Source of the DNA: a virus
Taxonomy: Duplodnaviria; Caudoviricetes
Direction: 5' to 3' (one strand)
IMG/VR virus record: IMGVR_UViG_3300021255_001361
Coordinates: 776-64,775 of that record
DNA: 64,000 bases
The notes under the pieces are model-generated. The model had not been told where the DNA came from, ran no database searches, and saw only the letters and a list, made by a program, of their open reading frames with translations. Shown here one piece after another: positions 46,405 to 56,373 of this stretch (position 1 is the stretch's first letter; every line of letters begins with the position of its first letter). The position numbers were made by a program, and so were the translations under genes.

Positions 46405-49400
46405 CTACCTCCTACCTGTTTGCTTATATCTCTTATCTTCTTCATCCCATACGCATTGTGCTACTGTTCTTCCATCTAATTGTAACACAATATTCTGGTT
46501 ATTACTACTACCACCCATTTCAGATAATGCAGTTTTAAACGCTTGTACCATTGTAGCAAGTGGTGTTTCGATATTTGTTCCGCTTGTCTGGTCTCCAAGC
46601 GTAGCTAAAAATTCTCTGTTAGGTGGTATAACTGCACCCTGTGCAAGTCTTGGAATACTTGGTATGTTGCTGAAAGAAGGAAGATTACTGAACAAAGAAT
46701 TTGCGCCTATCTTAACATTTTTGAATTTCTCAATGATTTCCTGTATCTTCCTTAAAGGTGAACTGACAGCACCATTTAAACCATCAATCAATCCATTAAT
46801 AGTATTACTCATACCTTCTGATAACTTACTATTGAAGTTTCCGAAAGTTGTACTACCACTACTAAATGCTGATTCTGCTTCATTCCAGCTTTCTTTAAAT
46901 GTATCACTAAAGAATGATGGAAGCTCTTTGAATGGCGTTTCGATGTTATCTTTAACAGATGTGAAGTGTCCTGTAAGTGCATCTTGTGTGAAGTTATTCT
47001 TAACACTTTCAAGTGCGCTTTGTGATGTATTACCCAAATCTGTAGGAACACTATCAAATGCTCCAACCATATCGCTTGCCCTATTTTCAAAAATCTCTTT
47101 GGTCTGGTCAAACGGACTTGCAATACTTTGTAAAGCACTTTGTGAAGTAGTACCCAATTCATTTGGTACTTCATCAAAAGAAGTTACCATATCACTTGAA
47201 GCCTGCTCCATAGCTTCTTTTACAGCAGGTGGAACATAACTTGTCATATTGTAAAATGATTGCTTTATATCTTTGTTGCCCTCTTCAATATCTGCTGGTG
47301 CTTCATTCTTATACTTCTCTGAATAGTCAGTCATGCCATAGATGGATTCTTTGTACTTGTCTGAATAATCTGACATTTGATTATTCATTGTTTCAGTAGA
47401 AGTTGTAATCTGCTCATTTCCTTCTGTAACACCTTGTGCTGATTGCTTATACTTCTCTGAATAATCAGACATTCCTTTAGTGCCTTTTTGTTGTGCTTCA
47501 TACAACCTATCTATTTCCGCAACATAATCATCACAACTATTCTTGAATTTCTCCCAATCTTCATCTGATATAGCGTGTCCTAATATTTCAAACTGATACT
47601 TTGACCGTTTCATTTGTTCGTTTGCGGCATCAAGTGCGTTTTTAGCATTGGCATTTGCCATTCCTGTTATATCTTCACCGAACAGCATATGTACCGCATT
47701 AGAAAGTGTAGAACGTCCTGTTGTTTCAGAATACTCTTTTGCGGCATCAACACCTGTTGATATAGCATTTACAAGATATTTTGTTGGACCTTTTGCAAAT
47801 TCACTATATTCTTTTGAAAGTTCCTCTTCACCAAGTAATGAAGCTATACCACTAAATAATGCACCAGCACCTCTACCAGCTAAATCAAACGTAGCCGCAC
47901 CGACAGCCACTTTTGCTAAACTGATACCACTTGTTATTGCTGAACCAAGATTTGTACTGAATAAACCTGTAAGCATACTCCAAATCTTCTTTACTGCAAA
48001 GATTGCAAGTAATGCTTCTGCGATTTTCAGTATCGCACTTGGATTTGAAACAAGTCCTGCTAATGCTTCTGCAAGCGCACCAAGTAAAGCAAGTGCCACT
48101 TCACCAAGTTTAGCTAATAATCCAAGCCAGTCAATATGAGTAAGGAAGTCTGCTATTGCTTCACCAACTCTATGCCAATCTATTGTAACAATTAAATCTG
48201 CTATTGCATCAAGAATACTTATGGCACAAGTTGATAAATCTTCTGCCAACTGACCGAAGTCTATCTGACTTAAAAATCTGTTTATGGCTGTACCAACTGT
48301 TGTACCTAATTTAGATGTTTGGATAAAGTGTGCTAAACTTGTAAGAATACCACTTGCAAGTTTTTGTAAATCAGCACCTAAATCTTCCCATTTAACTGTT
48401 CCAAACCAAGTCTTTAAGGCTGTGCCAAGTTTATCGCCTATTTCAGCCCAAGGAGTTGTGTCAATAAGACCTGTAGCAAAATCTATTACTGCATTTATCT
48501 TATTAGCAAGTGTTTCGCCAAGAAGAACAGGGTCCATATTATCAAAGAAACCTTTGATTAACCCACCAACTTTTTCACCAAGTCTCTTAAACTTGTAAGT
48601 CTTGAAGAAAGTATTTGTGGTATCAAGAATGGCATTAAGTGTATCTGCTATTGTCTTACCTGTAAGATTGCTGTCCCAACCTTCTGTAAGTCCGTTGAGG
48701 ATTCTTCCTATTCTACTCGCCCATGTTACAGCTTTTGGTCTGAATTTCTTATTAATCCAGTTATCGAAAGTTTTGGTGATAATATTAAGTTTATTTGCAA
48801 ACAGACCACCGACACCTTCCCAATCTCCACGATTGATTGCATCTTTAAGTTGTTTCGCAAAATCAGATTCAGCTAAAGTCTTTTCAAATGTTCCGGTAAG
48901 TCCATCAGCGGCACCACCGCCACCTCCGCCACCACTATCTTTTGGCTGATCTATAACAAGAAGATTATCATACTCTGCTAATTCCTTGTTAGCTTCTTTA
49001 GCGGCTGAACCAACACCTTTAATACTATCAGCATAGCTGTCATTAGCTTTCTGTGCTTTATAGATGTATTTCTGCCCTGTAAGAATTGCAAAGAAATTAG
49101 CCAACGCTGTCATAGCCCTGGTTATTAATTCGATAATATAAATTAAAGCTGGTGCTAAAGCGTGCATAAGAGGTTGAGCCATAGTACCAAAACTCAACTT
49201 CATCTGATTAAAGCTGTTCATTAAGGCTGAAACATCTGCATTAACTTCCTCAAACTGTGTTGCCATCAGCTTTAAGGCATCTGCTGTATATGCTCTTAAT
49301 TTTCTCCATAATATGAAAAGAGAACGAATACCAAGTCCATATCTCAAAACTTGATTGATCATTTTCTTTAAAGACATATTATGCTTTTCAGAAGCCTTAT

Positions 49401-50097
49401 TTATACCAAGCATTTTAGATCCAAACTTACCAAGATTTTTAATGCCCCTCGCAAGTAATCCAGGTATTTTTTTGATCACTTCTATAAGTTTTGAGAACCG
49501 TTTTTCAGTTTTTGCTGCGGTACTTCCAGCTTGTTCTCCCCACTCACTATTACGCGCTAACAACTGGTTATATGCTGATATAAGTGTTCTTATCTCGTTA
49601 TTACCGTTCTCAATCTTGTTTACATAATTCTGCCACTCTTGGGTATCTTGGGGTGATATTTTAGCCTTACCTTGTTTTTCCATACGCAATTTAAGGCGTT
49701 CATATAAATCTAACCAAGATTTATACTTTTCAAGTTGTTCTGTAGCATTTTGAAACCCGGCACTACCCGATCCTAATTTCTCCATAGCTTGTACATTCTT
49801 TTTGGCGGCTTCTACCTGTCTACTGTACAACTCGATTTTATCCAGAACTTTTTGATAAACCCCGGTATTACCAAAATCCTTGGTTTCAAGTTTAGCCATA
49901 CTTGCTTTGGCTTTCTCTTGTTGAGTGATGATCTTATTTATACGCAACCTAACTTTATCAAGCTGGTTCTCTAACTTACCGCTTGTAGGTTTGGTAAATA
50001 AATCTCTGATCTCATCTTGTAGGTTTTTTGCACTATTTATGGCATCATCTGCATCAACATCTATTGTAAAAGTTAAATCTGCCATTGTATTTTTCAC
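46405..50097 (-). CDS. Tape measure protein
   Basis: 1230 aa, helical, W/F-periodic repeats, typical position. Confidence 0.9.
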   Translation of the reverse strand: MKNTMADLTFTIDVDADDAINSAKNLQDEIRDLFTKPTSGKLENQLDKVRLRINKIITQQEKAKASMAKLETKDFGNTGVYQKVLDKIELYSRQVEAAKKNVQAMEKLGSGSAGFQNATEQLEKYKSWLDLYERLKLRMEKQGKAKISPQDTQEWQNYVNKIENGNNEIRTLISAYNQLLARNSEWGEQAGSTAAKTEKRFSKLIEVIKKIPGLLARGIKNLGKFGSKMLGINKASEKHNMSLKKMINQVLRYGLGIRSLFILWRKLRAYTADALKLMATQFEEVNADVSALMNSFNQMKLSFGTMAQPLMHALAPALIYIIELITRAMTALANFFAILTGQKYIYKAQKANDSYADSIKGVGSAAKEANKELAEYDNLLVIDQPKDSGGGGGGGAADGLTGTFEKTLAESDFAKQLKDAINRGDWEGVGGLFANKLNIITKTFDNWINKKFRPKAVTWASRIGRILNGLTEGWDSNLTGKTIADTLNAILDTTNTFFKTYKFKRLGEKVGGLIKGFFDNMDPVLLGETLANKINAVIDFATGLIDTTPWAEIGDKLGTALKTWFGTVKWEDLGADLQKLASGILTSLAHFIQTSKLGTTVGTAINRFLSQIDFGQLAEDLSTCAISILDAIADLIVTIDWHRVGEAIADFLTHIDWLGLLAKLGEVALALLGALAEALAGLVSNPSAILKIAEALLAIFAVKKIWSMLTGLFSTNLGSAITSGISLAKVAVGAATFDLAGRGAGALFSGIASLLGEEELSKEYSEFAKGPTKYLVNAISTGVDAAKEYSETTGRSTLSNAVHMLFGEDITGMANANAKNALDAANEQMKRSKYQFEILGHAISDEDWEKFKNSCDDYVAEIDRLYEAQQKGTKGMSDYSEKYKQSAQGVTEGNEQITTSTETMNNQMSDYSDKYKESIYGMTDYSEKYKNEAPADIEEGNKDIKQSFYNMTSYVPPAVKEAMEQASSDMVTSFDEVPNELGTTSQSALQSIASPFDQTKEIFENRASDMVGAFDSVPTDLGNTSQSALESVKNNFTQDALTGHFTSVKDNIETPFKELPSFFSDTFKESWNEAESAFSSGSTTFGNFNSKLSEGMSNTINGLIDGLNGAVSSPLRKIQEIIEKFKNVKIGANSLFSNLPSFSNIPSIPRLAQGAVIPPNREFLATLGDQTSGTNIETPLATMVQAFKTALSEMGGSSNNQNIVLQLDGRTVAQCVWDEEDKRYKQTGRR

Positions 50098-50106
50098 CTA
50101 CTTTCT

Positions 50107-50694
50107 CTATTCTTTGTTAGCGTTCCACATCCTCATTACCCAAGCCTCTGCTTCTTCATCTTCAAGAGACTTACTCTTCCAAACAAAGTATTGTGGATTA
50201 TCACGCTTAAACTGTTGTTCGTATTTTTCTAATTTCTTATTGGTGACTATCTTATGTCTTATACCTACTACTTGCGACAAGAGCGAATCTCCTACTGCTG
50301 TATAGTAGCCCATAAATGTCCACCAATGAATATAAGGTGCTAAACGAATCTCTGTGTTAGCCACTTTATTGATTGCGGCACAAATCATCTGTTCATCTTT
50401 ATCCCAATCAATAAGTCTGTAATTAAACTTTGCACCTATACTTTCATCTTCTCCGCAATTAAAGAATCGGTACATTTCCTTAATTGCGACTTCCGTATCT
50501 GGTATATTATTTATATCATCAATACTATTTATGTCCTCATAAAAAATAATAAGGGCAGCTATCATGCGTTCCTGGTCGGTCAATTCAGTATCGTTCAAAG
50601 CTGAAAAACAATCAAGAACCACACGATAATCTCCCTTATTTCTTATACCGAAAGACTTGTCCTGTATTGTGATTGAAGTTGGTATATTATACAT
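50107..50694 (-). CDS. Tail assembly chaperone (Gp15-like)
   Basis: IDWDKDEQMICAA...HWWTF. Confidence 0.75.
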   Translation of the reverse strand: MYNIPTSITIQDKSFGIRNKGDYRVVLDCFSALNDTELTDQERMIAALIIFYEDINSIDDINNIPDTEVAIKEMYRFFNCGEDESIGAKFNYRLIDWDKDEQMICAAINKVANTEIRLAPYIHWWTFMGYYTAVGDSLLSQVVGIRHKIVTNKKLEKYEQQFKRDNPQYFVWKSKSLEDEEAEAWVMRMWNANKE

Positions 50695-50697
50695 ATA

Positions 50698-51237
50698 TTA
50701 TTTCCTAATATATTTGTCTGTATGTTTGTTAATACGTTTCCTTAACTTCTCGTACTCGTTATTAAGATTTGTCTCATACAATCCAGTAAGTTTATTTAAG
50801 ATATGCTCATATCTAAACTCACCATTGAATGGGTCAAACATTGAACCAGATGGAGCGCATTTAGCTGAAACATCAGCATCAAATATAAAGTCCATAATCT
50901 CTCTCATTTCAGTATCAATCTCACGCAGGGTCTGTGAAATGTTTACCTTTTCAGCGGCTTCTTCAAGTGTATCATCATCCCCTAATTCATCTTTAACCTT
51001 CATAAGACTTGCTTTCTGTTCAAGTGCAACAAGTTTAGGATAAGAATCCTCAATACGATTGATTACTGATAAATCAGATGTATCAAGTTCCAGTATTCTG
51101 TTATTATCTCCCTCAATACGGAATTTCTTCTTCTTGATGGCGTCAAATTTGACATCAATAATGTCATTATCTACTGGAGCATTTACCATAACTTCTTCTT
51201 TTGTCTCTGTGCTTATTGGGTTAGATTTCTTTGCCAT
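50698..51237 (-). CDS. Tail assembly chaperone
   Basis: Position between the major tail protein and the Gp15-like gene. Confidence 0.65.
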   Translation of the reverse strand: MAKKSNPISTETKEEVMVNAPVDNDIIDVKFDAIKKKKFRIEGDNNRILELDTSDLSVINRIEDSYPKLVALEQKASLMKVKDELGDDDTLEEAAEKVNISQTLREIDTEMREIMDFIFDADVSAKCAPSGSMFDPFNGEFRYEHILNKLTGLYETNLNNEYEKLRKRINKHTDKYIRK

Positions 51238-51258
51238 ACCTGTCTATCCTCCTGTTAA

Positions 51259-51801
51259 TTATACATCTGCTGTAAACTCAAAGTCAGCGGTCAGCTTATC
51301 AACTGTACCTGTTCCTGGCTTACCAGAACCATTCCAGTCATTACTGTAATATACAGTAATAGGGAAGTTTACGTTGCTGTCTCCACCGAATGAATCATAT
51401 GAGATAGTACAATTTGAATGTCTCTCCGCTTCAAACGCTCCTGTTGTTCCAACGAAAGCTGTGATTACATAAACCGTAAACTGATTGAGTTCTGATACTG
51501 CATTTCTTCTACGAATATCGTTGAGAAGTGCGCCCAGCTTTGAACCACCAAGTACAAGGAATGGGTCAAACGGTTGCTGTGGCTGTGTTCTGTTTACGTC
51601 TGTATAGTTGATACCACGAATATCTGTCATGGTCTCAATGTCAGAATTGTACTCAATACTTGAATCCTCTGTACGAGTACCAAGAATTTCTCTTACTTCT
51701 GTTGCAGATGTACCCTCACCTTCCATCCAGCCTACAACTGTAATAAGAAGTTTACGCTCGGCTCTCTGCTTATCTTTCAGATTAAACTGTGTTACTGCCA
51801 T
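51259..51801 (-). CDS. Major tail tube protein
   Basis: 180 aa, beta-rich, position. Confidence 0.75.
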   Translation of the reverse strand: MAVTQFNLKDKQRAERKLLITVVGWMEGEGTSATEVREILGTRTEDSSIEYNSDIETMTDIRGINYTDVNRTQPQQPFDPFLVLGGSKLGALLNDIRRRNAVSELNQFTVYVITAFVGTTGAFEAERHSNCTISYDSFGGDSNVNFPITVYYSNDWNGSGKPGTGTVDKLTADFEFTADV

Positions 51802-51824
51802 TGTTTTAATCTCCCTTCATTTTA

Positions 51825-52307
51825 TTATTGACATATCACTTTAGATGTGTCCAAATATGTTATTCTTATTGCTATACTGTATCTACCTAATGCTGGTTGT
51901 ACTGACGTATCTACATCTTCAAGTACCGGTGTAGAAGTAAGTGTTTCCATTGAATCGACTATACAATCTTCCCCGAAGTTAGGGTAATTGTAAATGGAAG
52001 CCTCTTCATTTATCCAGTCAATCAAACTTTGAACATCAGCAAGGTCAGACACATTTTCGTCTGGATAACCTTCTATTTTAACAACTGCATTTTGAGATAC
52101 AGATTTGAATAAGACTATGGTAAAGATGTACTCTTTTAATATACTTCCATCAACATATTTTACTTGTAAAGCTGTATCATTCCCGGAAGTAATAATTTGA
52201 TTATTATTATCCTTTGCGTTTATGAAGTTAAAGAAAAGTGGATTATCAGCAATAACAGGACAACTTAAAAGAAAGTTGATTACTGCTTCATTCTTATCTA
52301 CCACCAT
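51825..52307 (-). CDS. Tail terminator / minor structural protein
   Basis: Position and size. Confidence 0.6.
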   Translation of the reverse strand: MVVDKNEAVINFLLSCPVIADNPLFFNFINAKDNNNQIITSGNDTALQVKYVDGSILKEYIFTIVLFKSVSQNAVVKIEGYPDENVSDLADVQSLIDWINEEASIYNYPNFGEDCIVDSMETLTSTPVLEDVDTSVQPALGRYSIAIRITYLDTSKVICQ

Positions 52308-52716
52308 TTTTCTTTACCTCCTTTTTGATCACCTTTGCAGTATATTTAATAAGTTTGGTATGTCCGGGTGTACCCGGATAAACCTCTTCTGTCCAAAAAG
52401 ATTTAGTACCAGGTGTAGTTCTGCGCCAGTTACTATCATCTGAATTATGCTGATATGCGGCGTATAAACTTGTTTTACCTACTTTAGCATCACCCCATAT
52501 GATCTTGACCTGTTTTGGTCTGACTTTCGTATGGGTACTTTTACGCAAGGCACCTGTTTTCTTTGGTACATAACGATCCAAAATCCTTATTGCACCATTA
52601 CCAACTTCTTGCATAACTGCTGGGTTTTGAACAGTTTTAGCAATCGGAACAATTATGCGTGATTTAATAGCTTGTCTGATCTCATTACCATTTATTTTGA
52701 TAGACACATTAGCCAT
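52294..52716 (-). CDS. Minor capsid / neck protein
   Basis: YVPKKTGALRKS...YAAYQH motif. Confidence 0.7.
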   Translation of the reverse strand: MANVSIKINGNEIRQAIKSRIIVPIAKTVQNPAVMQEVGNGAIRILDRYVPKKTGALRKSTHTKVRPKQVKIIWGDAKVGKTSLYAAYQHNSDDSNWRRTTPGTKSFWTEEVYPGTPGHTKLIKYTAKVIKKEVKKNGGR

Positions 52717-52717
52717 A

Positions 52718-53164
52718 TTAAACACCCTTTACATAATAATGCTCGTTACATCTTCCTGCTCCTACATTTATTGCAAACTCTTGTACTTCCATACAACCTT
52801 GCAATTCTTTATATTTCTTTAATAAATCTGTTGACCTTTGACCTTGCTGATACTCATTTACTATATCATCTACTTCACCTTTAATGATTATATCTCCTTG
52901 ACCAAGTGTGAAGTAATTACTCATCTCGTCATTAGGTAATGCTTGCCATACATACTTTTCAAGGAACGCATCATCTTTAGGTATTCTGCATATGATATTA
53001 TTAGTCTCTAATACCGTTTCACCGACAGTCACTTTATCACCAGTGTACTTCCAAAAACAATTATTCACAGTATGTTTAAACCACATAACTATATTAGTTA
53101 CGGGGTCCTCGTAACGATTATATATAGTTAAAGTAGTTTCCCACCATGGCGCATAATTATTCAT
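52718..53164 (-). CDS. Head closure protein
   Basis: Position; ends HYYVKGV. Confidence 0.6.
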   Translation of the reverse strand: MNNYAPWWETTLTIYNRYEDPVTNIVMWFKHTVNNCFWKYTGDKVTVGETVLETNNIICRIPKDDAFLEKYVWQALPNDEMSNYFTLGQGDIIIKGEVDDIVNEYQQGQRSTDLLKKYKELQGCMEVQEFAINVGAGRCNEHYYVKGV

Positions 53165-53579
53165 CTGGATATATACCTCTATATAAGACTTTTCTGCCAG
53201 CTTCATTTCTTACATCTGCAAGATACATTCTGATTGTGCTTTCGGATTCTGTTCTTAACAAATCGAATATCCTATCAGCACTCATGGCATTGTAAGAAAT
53301 TGAAACACCATCATTATCTTGTCTTGTTATTGCTGGTTCTACATTACCATCTGATTTCCAGCCCATTGATAAAGCATCATTTTTCTGCTGTAGCATATTG
53401 ATAAGTCTGAACACGCAATACTTTAATTCTGTTGGAAACGTAGTATCATGTATCAGTCGGTCAAACGTCACATAATCTATTAACGCTTTTGCTTGATAAT
53501 AATAATTATTAAAGGTAGTTTCATCCAATGTACCACCCATATTCTGATATTCCTCATATGTTAAATACATTGTACTCAA
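53157..53579 (-). CDS. Head-tail adaptor
   Basis: YLTYEEYQNMGG...IDYVTFDR...NDGVSISY. Confidence 0.75.
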   Translation of the reverse strand: MSTMYLTYEEYQNMGGTLDETTFNNYYYQAKALIDYVTFDRLIHDTTFPTELKYCVFRLINMLQQKNDALSMGWKSDGNVEPAITRQDNDGVSISYNAMSADRIFDLLRTESESTIRMYLADVRNEAGRKVLYRGIYPDE

Positions 53580-53587
53580 CTCCTTTC

Positions 53588-53935
53588 TTACTCGGAACGC
53601 TTCTTCCTACTACGGGTTGAAGTCTGTGCTATTGTCTGTGGAATTTCTACAGATATAGTTGGTGTCACAGCTTCTTTCGGCATAGATTTAATCTTCTCTT
53701 TAAGAGAATCTATCTCGGCTTTAAGCGTTCTGACTTCTTCTTTAAGCTGTGTTATTGTTGCTTGATTATCAACAAAGGCTTTCTTTAAGATGTTAGGGTC
53801 GTGTGGTACGCTTGCTTGTACCACACCGCCCTGTTCATCTATTATATCATAGCCATTTGCTATATACTTGGCAACCTCATTTTCGCTTACTCGAAGAACT
53901 TTGTTAGCTTTCCTAACTCTGATTTCCTTCTGCAT
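53588..53935 (-). CDS. Hypothetical coiled-coil protein
   Basis: 115 aa after the major capsid gene. Confidence 0.65.
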   Translation of the reverse strand: MQKEIRVRKANKVLRVSENEVAKYIANGYDIIDEQGGVVQASVPHDPNILKKAFVDNQATITQLKEEVRTLKAEIDSLKEKIKSMPKEAVTPTISVEIPQTIAQTSTRSRKKRSE

Positions 53936-53952
53936 AAGCTACCTCCTACTCA

Positions 53953-54975
53953 TTAAGCAGTTGTTGTAGAAGTTGATGTACCTGTAGATGTTCCACTACC
54001 ATCAGCTACGTTGAACTGAATAGCGTTAGACTTGTTATTAAGGATAAATACATCCTCGAAACTCTCTTCGTAGTATGTGTACTTACCTTCTGACATAGCA
54101 GACGGAGCATCAAGTCTACTGAATGTGTAGCTAACTGGAGTGATAACTGCAAGTGGGTGTACAAGGAACATATTAATCTGCTGTGCATCCTTATCAACTG
54201 CATAATCCTCACTGAAATCATAAAGAGTTTTCATAAGTGTTGAAGGAACACCAATTACCTGTACCTGGTCAAGTCTATTAACTCTACGGTCAATAGCGTT
54301 TGGTCCACTTGTAATATCCATTGATCTTGAAATCTTTTCTGCTTCTTTGAGAATATAAAGAACCTCAAACGGAACATAAAGAATACGTCCATTAGCAGGA
54401 ACTCTACCATTATCCATCTTGAGCATCAGCTTATCAAATACTGAAAGGATATTAGCAGTTGTAAGAACTGTGTTATCTGCGGTATGAGTAATACCTGTAT
54501 CTGGGTCAGCTACAGAAGTCCAATCTGCATAAATCTTGCTGATTGTGTAGGCATCCATTTCTGGGAACTTATGCTCCTCGTTGAATACCTGTGTAATGTT
54601 AGCAATAGTTGCTACCATGTTTGTCTGGTCAATATCCATTGGGTGAACAAGTGTTGACCACTTTCTCTCGTTTTCAAGGGTCTTTGCCTCCCACTTATTG
54701 CTGAAATTTCTCTGTGCAAAAGCTACTGTATCTCTGTTCGCATCAACACGACCTGTGGTTGCGATTGAAGGAATCTCAATAGTCTTTGCGTTAATCCATC
54801 TGTACCTACCGTTGTTTGGTGTACTATAAAGTGCCCCATAATTAAGTACATATGGGAAATTCTGTGATAATGCTCTACTATATTCAGTTGCGTAATTAAG
54901 TCCACCGATAGCTGTTGAACCATCGTATGTACCTGTTGTACCATTATTAGCTGGTGCTACATAACTTGTTGCCAT
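53953..54975 (-). CDS. Major capsid protein
   Basis: 340 aa after the scaffold; AKTIEIP, VHPMDIDQT, P.MDAY. Confidence 0.85.
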   Translation of the reverse strand: MATSYVAPANNGTTGTYDGSTAIGGLNYATEYSRALSQNFPYVLNYGALYSTPNNGRYRWINAKTIEIPSIATTGRVDANRDTVAFAQRNFSNKWEAKTLENERKWSTLVHPMDIDQTNMVATIANITQVFNEEHKFPEMDAYTISKIYADWTSVADPDTGITHTADNTVLTTANILSVFDKLMLKMDNGRVPANGRILYVPFEVLYILKEAEKISRSMDITSGPNAIDRRVNRLDQVQVIGVPSTLMKTLYDFSEDYAVDKDAQQINMFLVHPLAVITPVSYTFSRLDAPSAMSEGKYTYYEESFEDVFILNNKSNAIQFNVADGSGTSTGTSTSTTTA

Positions 54976-54989
54976 TGTTTTAGTCTCCT

Positions 54990-55658
54990 TTACTTATTAT
55001 TTTCTTTAGGTCTTACACCTGTAAAATGAAATGCGCTTGCAAATCCACCTGTGCTGTCTGCTGGTGGGTTTGCGCCCTGTGTTGAACTAACAAATGATGG
55101 CTTTGGCTGTTCGGGTACTTTATCTTCCTTTTCTACAACAAACGCATCTGCGTTCTCCGTAGAATAGCTTGTTACAAAATCATCTGCACCAAGTATTCTG
55201 CCATTGTCCATCTTCAACTCTTTTGCAATCATAGAATTAATGAAGTCACGCTTTGCGGCATTACTTGTAAACTTCTTTGAACTTGCAAAGTCCTTTACAG
55301 CAAACTCATATGCTTGTTTACTCAACTTATCCTGGTATGCCTTAATATCGCTATCATACTTTGTCTGTAGAGAATTAAATTCTCCTGTGAGTGAAGCTAA
55401 CTTGTCTGCATCTGTACCAGCGGCTTTCAGCTTATCTTTTAAATCAGCTAAATCCTTATCTCTGGTGGAAATAGTGCCATTAAGTGTTTCAATAGCGGTA
55501 TCTTTTGCTTTAATGTCGTCCTCATACTTATTCTTGCTGACGTACTTTCCCTCACCTAAATCTGTGAAGTTTGCATTGGATTCTTTCGCTAACTTCTGGA
55601 ACTCATCATAAGTTAAAGTTCCTGTCTGTGACTTCTTGAATAATTCCTCAACTGTCAT
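54990..55658 (-). CDS. Head scaffolding protein (Gp20-like)
   Basis: YVSKNKY, coiled coil, directly upstream of the capsid gene. Confidence 0.8.
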   Translation of the reverse strand: MTVEELFKKSQTGTLTYDEFQKLAKESNANFTDLGEGKYVSKNKYEDDIKAKDTAIETLNGTISTRDKDLADLKDKLKAAGTDADKLASLTGEFNSLQTKYDSDIKAYQDKLSKQAYEFAVKDFASSKKFTSNAAKRDFINSMIAKELKMDNGRILGADDFVTSYSTENADAFVVEKEDKVPEQPKPSFVSSTQGANPPADSTGGFASAFHFTGVRPKENNK

Positions 55659-55770
55659 ATTCTGTTCTCTCCTTTTACATTCTTTTATATCCGTTTAGCT
55701 TGTAATTCCGCAGGCACGGTACTGCGATTGAATGTACGTTTGTTTAATGGTCGTTACGCTCGACTATATA

Positions 55771-55986
55771 TTATATCAACTCATCTTGAGAGTTGTTATA
55801 ATTCTTACTTGATATTCCGATTAATGCCCCAAGAAATACTGTAATAGCACCCATTGTAGCACCTATCGGCTCACCATATGGTATGTGCCATATACTTGCT
55901 ACTGTTAGCCATAAAGTTGTTAATGCTGGTAAGAATATGGTCACAACATATTTAAGAATGTCATAAGTTTTATTACTTAACCTCAT
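55771..55986 (-). CDS. Holin (Dp-1 family-like)
   Basis: MRLSNKTYDILKY...FLPAL...FLGALIGISS, two TM segments. Confidence 0.85.
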   Translation of the reverse strand: MRLSNKTYDILKYVVTIFLPALTTLWLTVASIWHIPYGEPIGATMGAITVFLGALIGISSKNYNNSQDELI

Positions 55987-56236
55987 TTTTTAACTCCTTT
56001 ACTGTAATTTCCAGAACATCTACTCTGTTCTCTAACACAGGAATCTTACTCGCAAAATCATTATGCTTTCGGACTTCCTCGGTCAGATTTTCAAGTTTGG
56101 TATCTGTGACTGCTTGATTTGTAATTATCTTGTTTTCTATGGATTTGTTACTTGCTGAATTAGTAACTACGACACCAATAAAACCAATTAGTGCAACTAT
56201 GACTGATCCTATTAAAGAAATAATAGCAGTACCCAT
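55973..56236 (-). CDS. TM plus coiled-coil protein (lysis accessory-like)
   Basis: N-terminal TM, EEVRKHN, coupled to the holin. Confidence 0.7.
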   Translation of the reverse strand: MGTAIISLIGSVIVALIGFIGVVVTNSASNKSIENKIITNQAVTDTKLENLTEEVRKHNDFASKIPVLENRVDVLEITVKELKNEVK

Positions 56237-56337
56237 AGCAATCTCCTTTCAAGTATCTACTATACCGGGACCACCGCCCCGGTATAGTTTTCAACAGGAG
56301 GTGACAGATATGCACAAAGTAATCTATTCCCACCTAA

Positions 56338-56367
56338 ATTATACAATAGTTTACATAAAATGTAAAC
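56338..56367 (-). promoter_or_regulatory. Promoter TTTACA-17-TATAAT overlapped by the palindrome GTTTACAT-N3-ATGTAAAC
   Basis: Palindrome at 56349-56367; extended -10 TG. Confidence 0.75.
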
Positions 56368-56373
56368 AATAAT

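Noticed and set aside
46310-49627. Long plus-strand ORFs (e.g. 46310-47239, 47648-48139)
   Set aside because: Antisense shadows of the tape measure gene, with no motifs or RBS.
50694-50720. Tail chaperone programmed frameshift
   Set aside because: No slippery heptamer at the end of 50698-51237, and the next gene has its own start.
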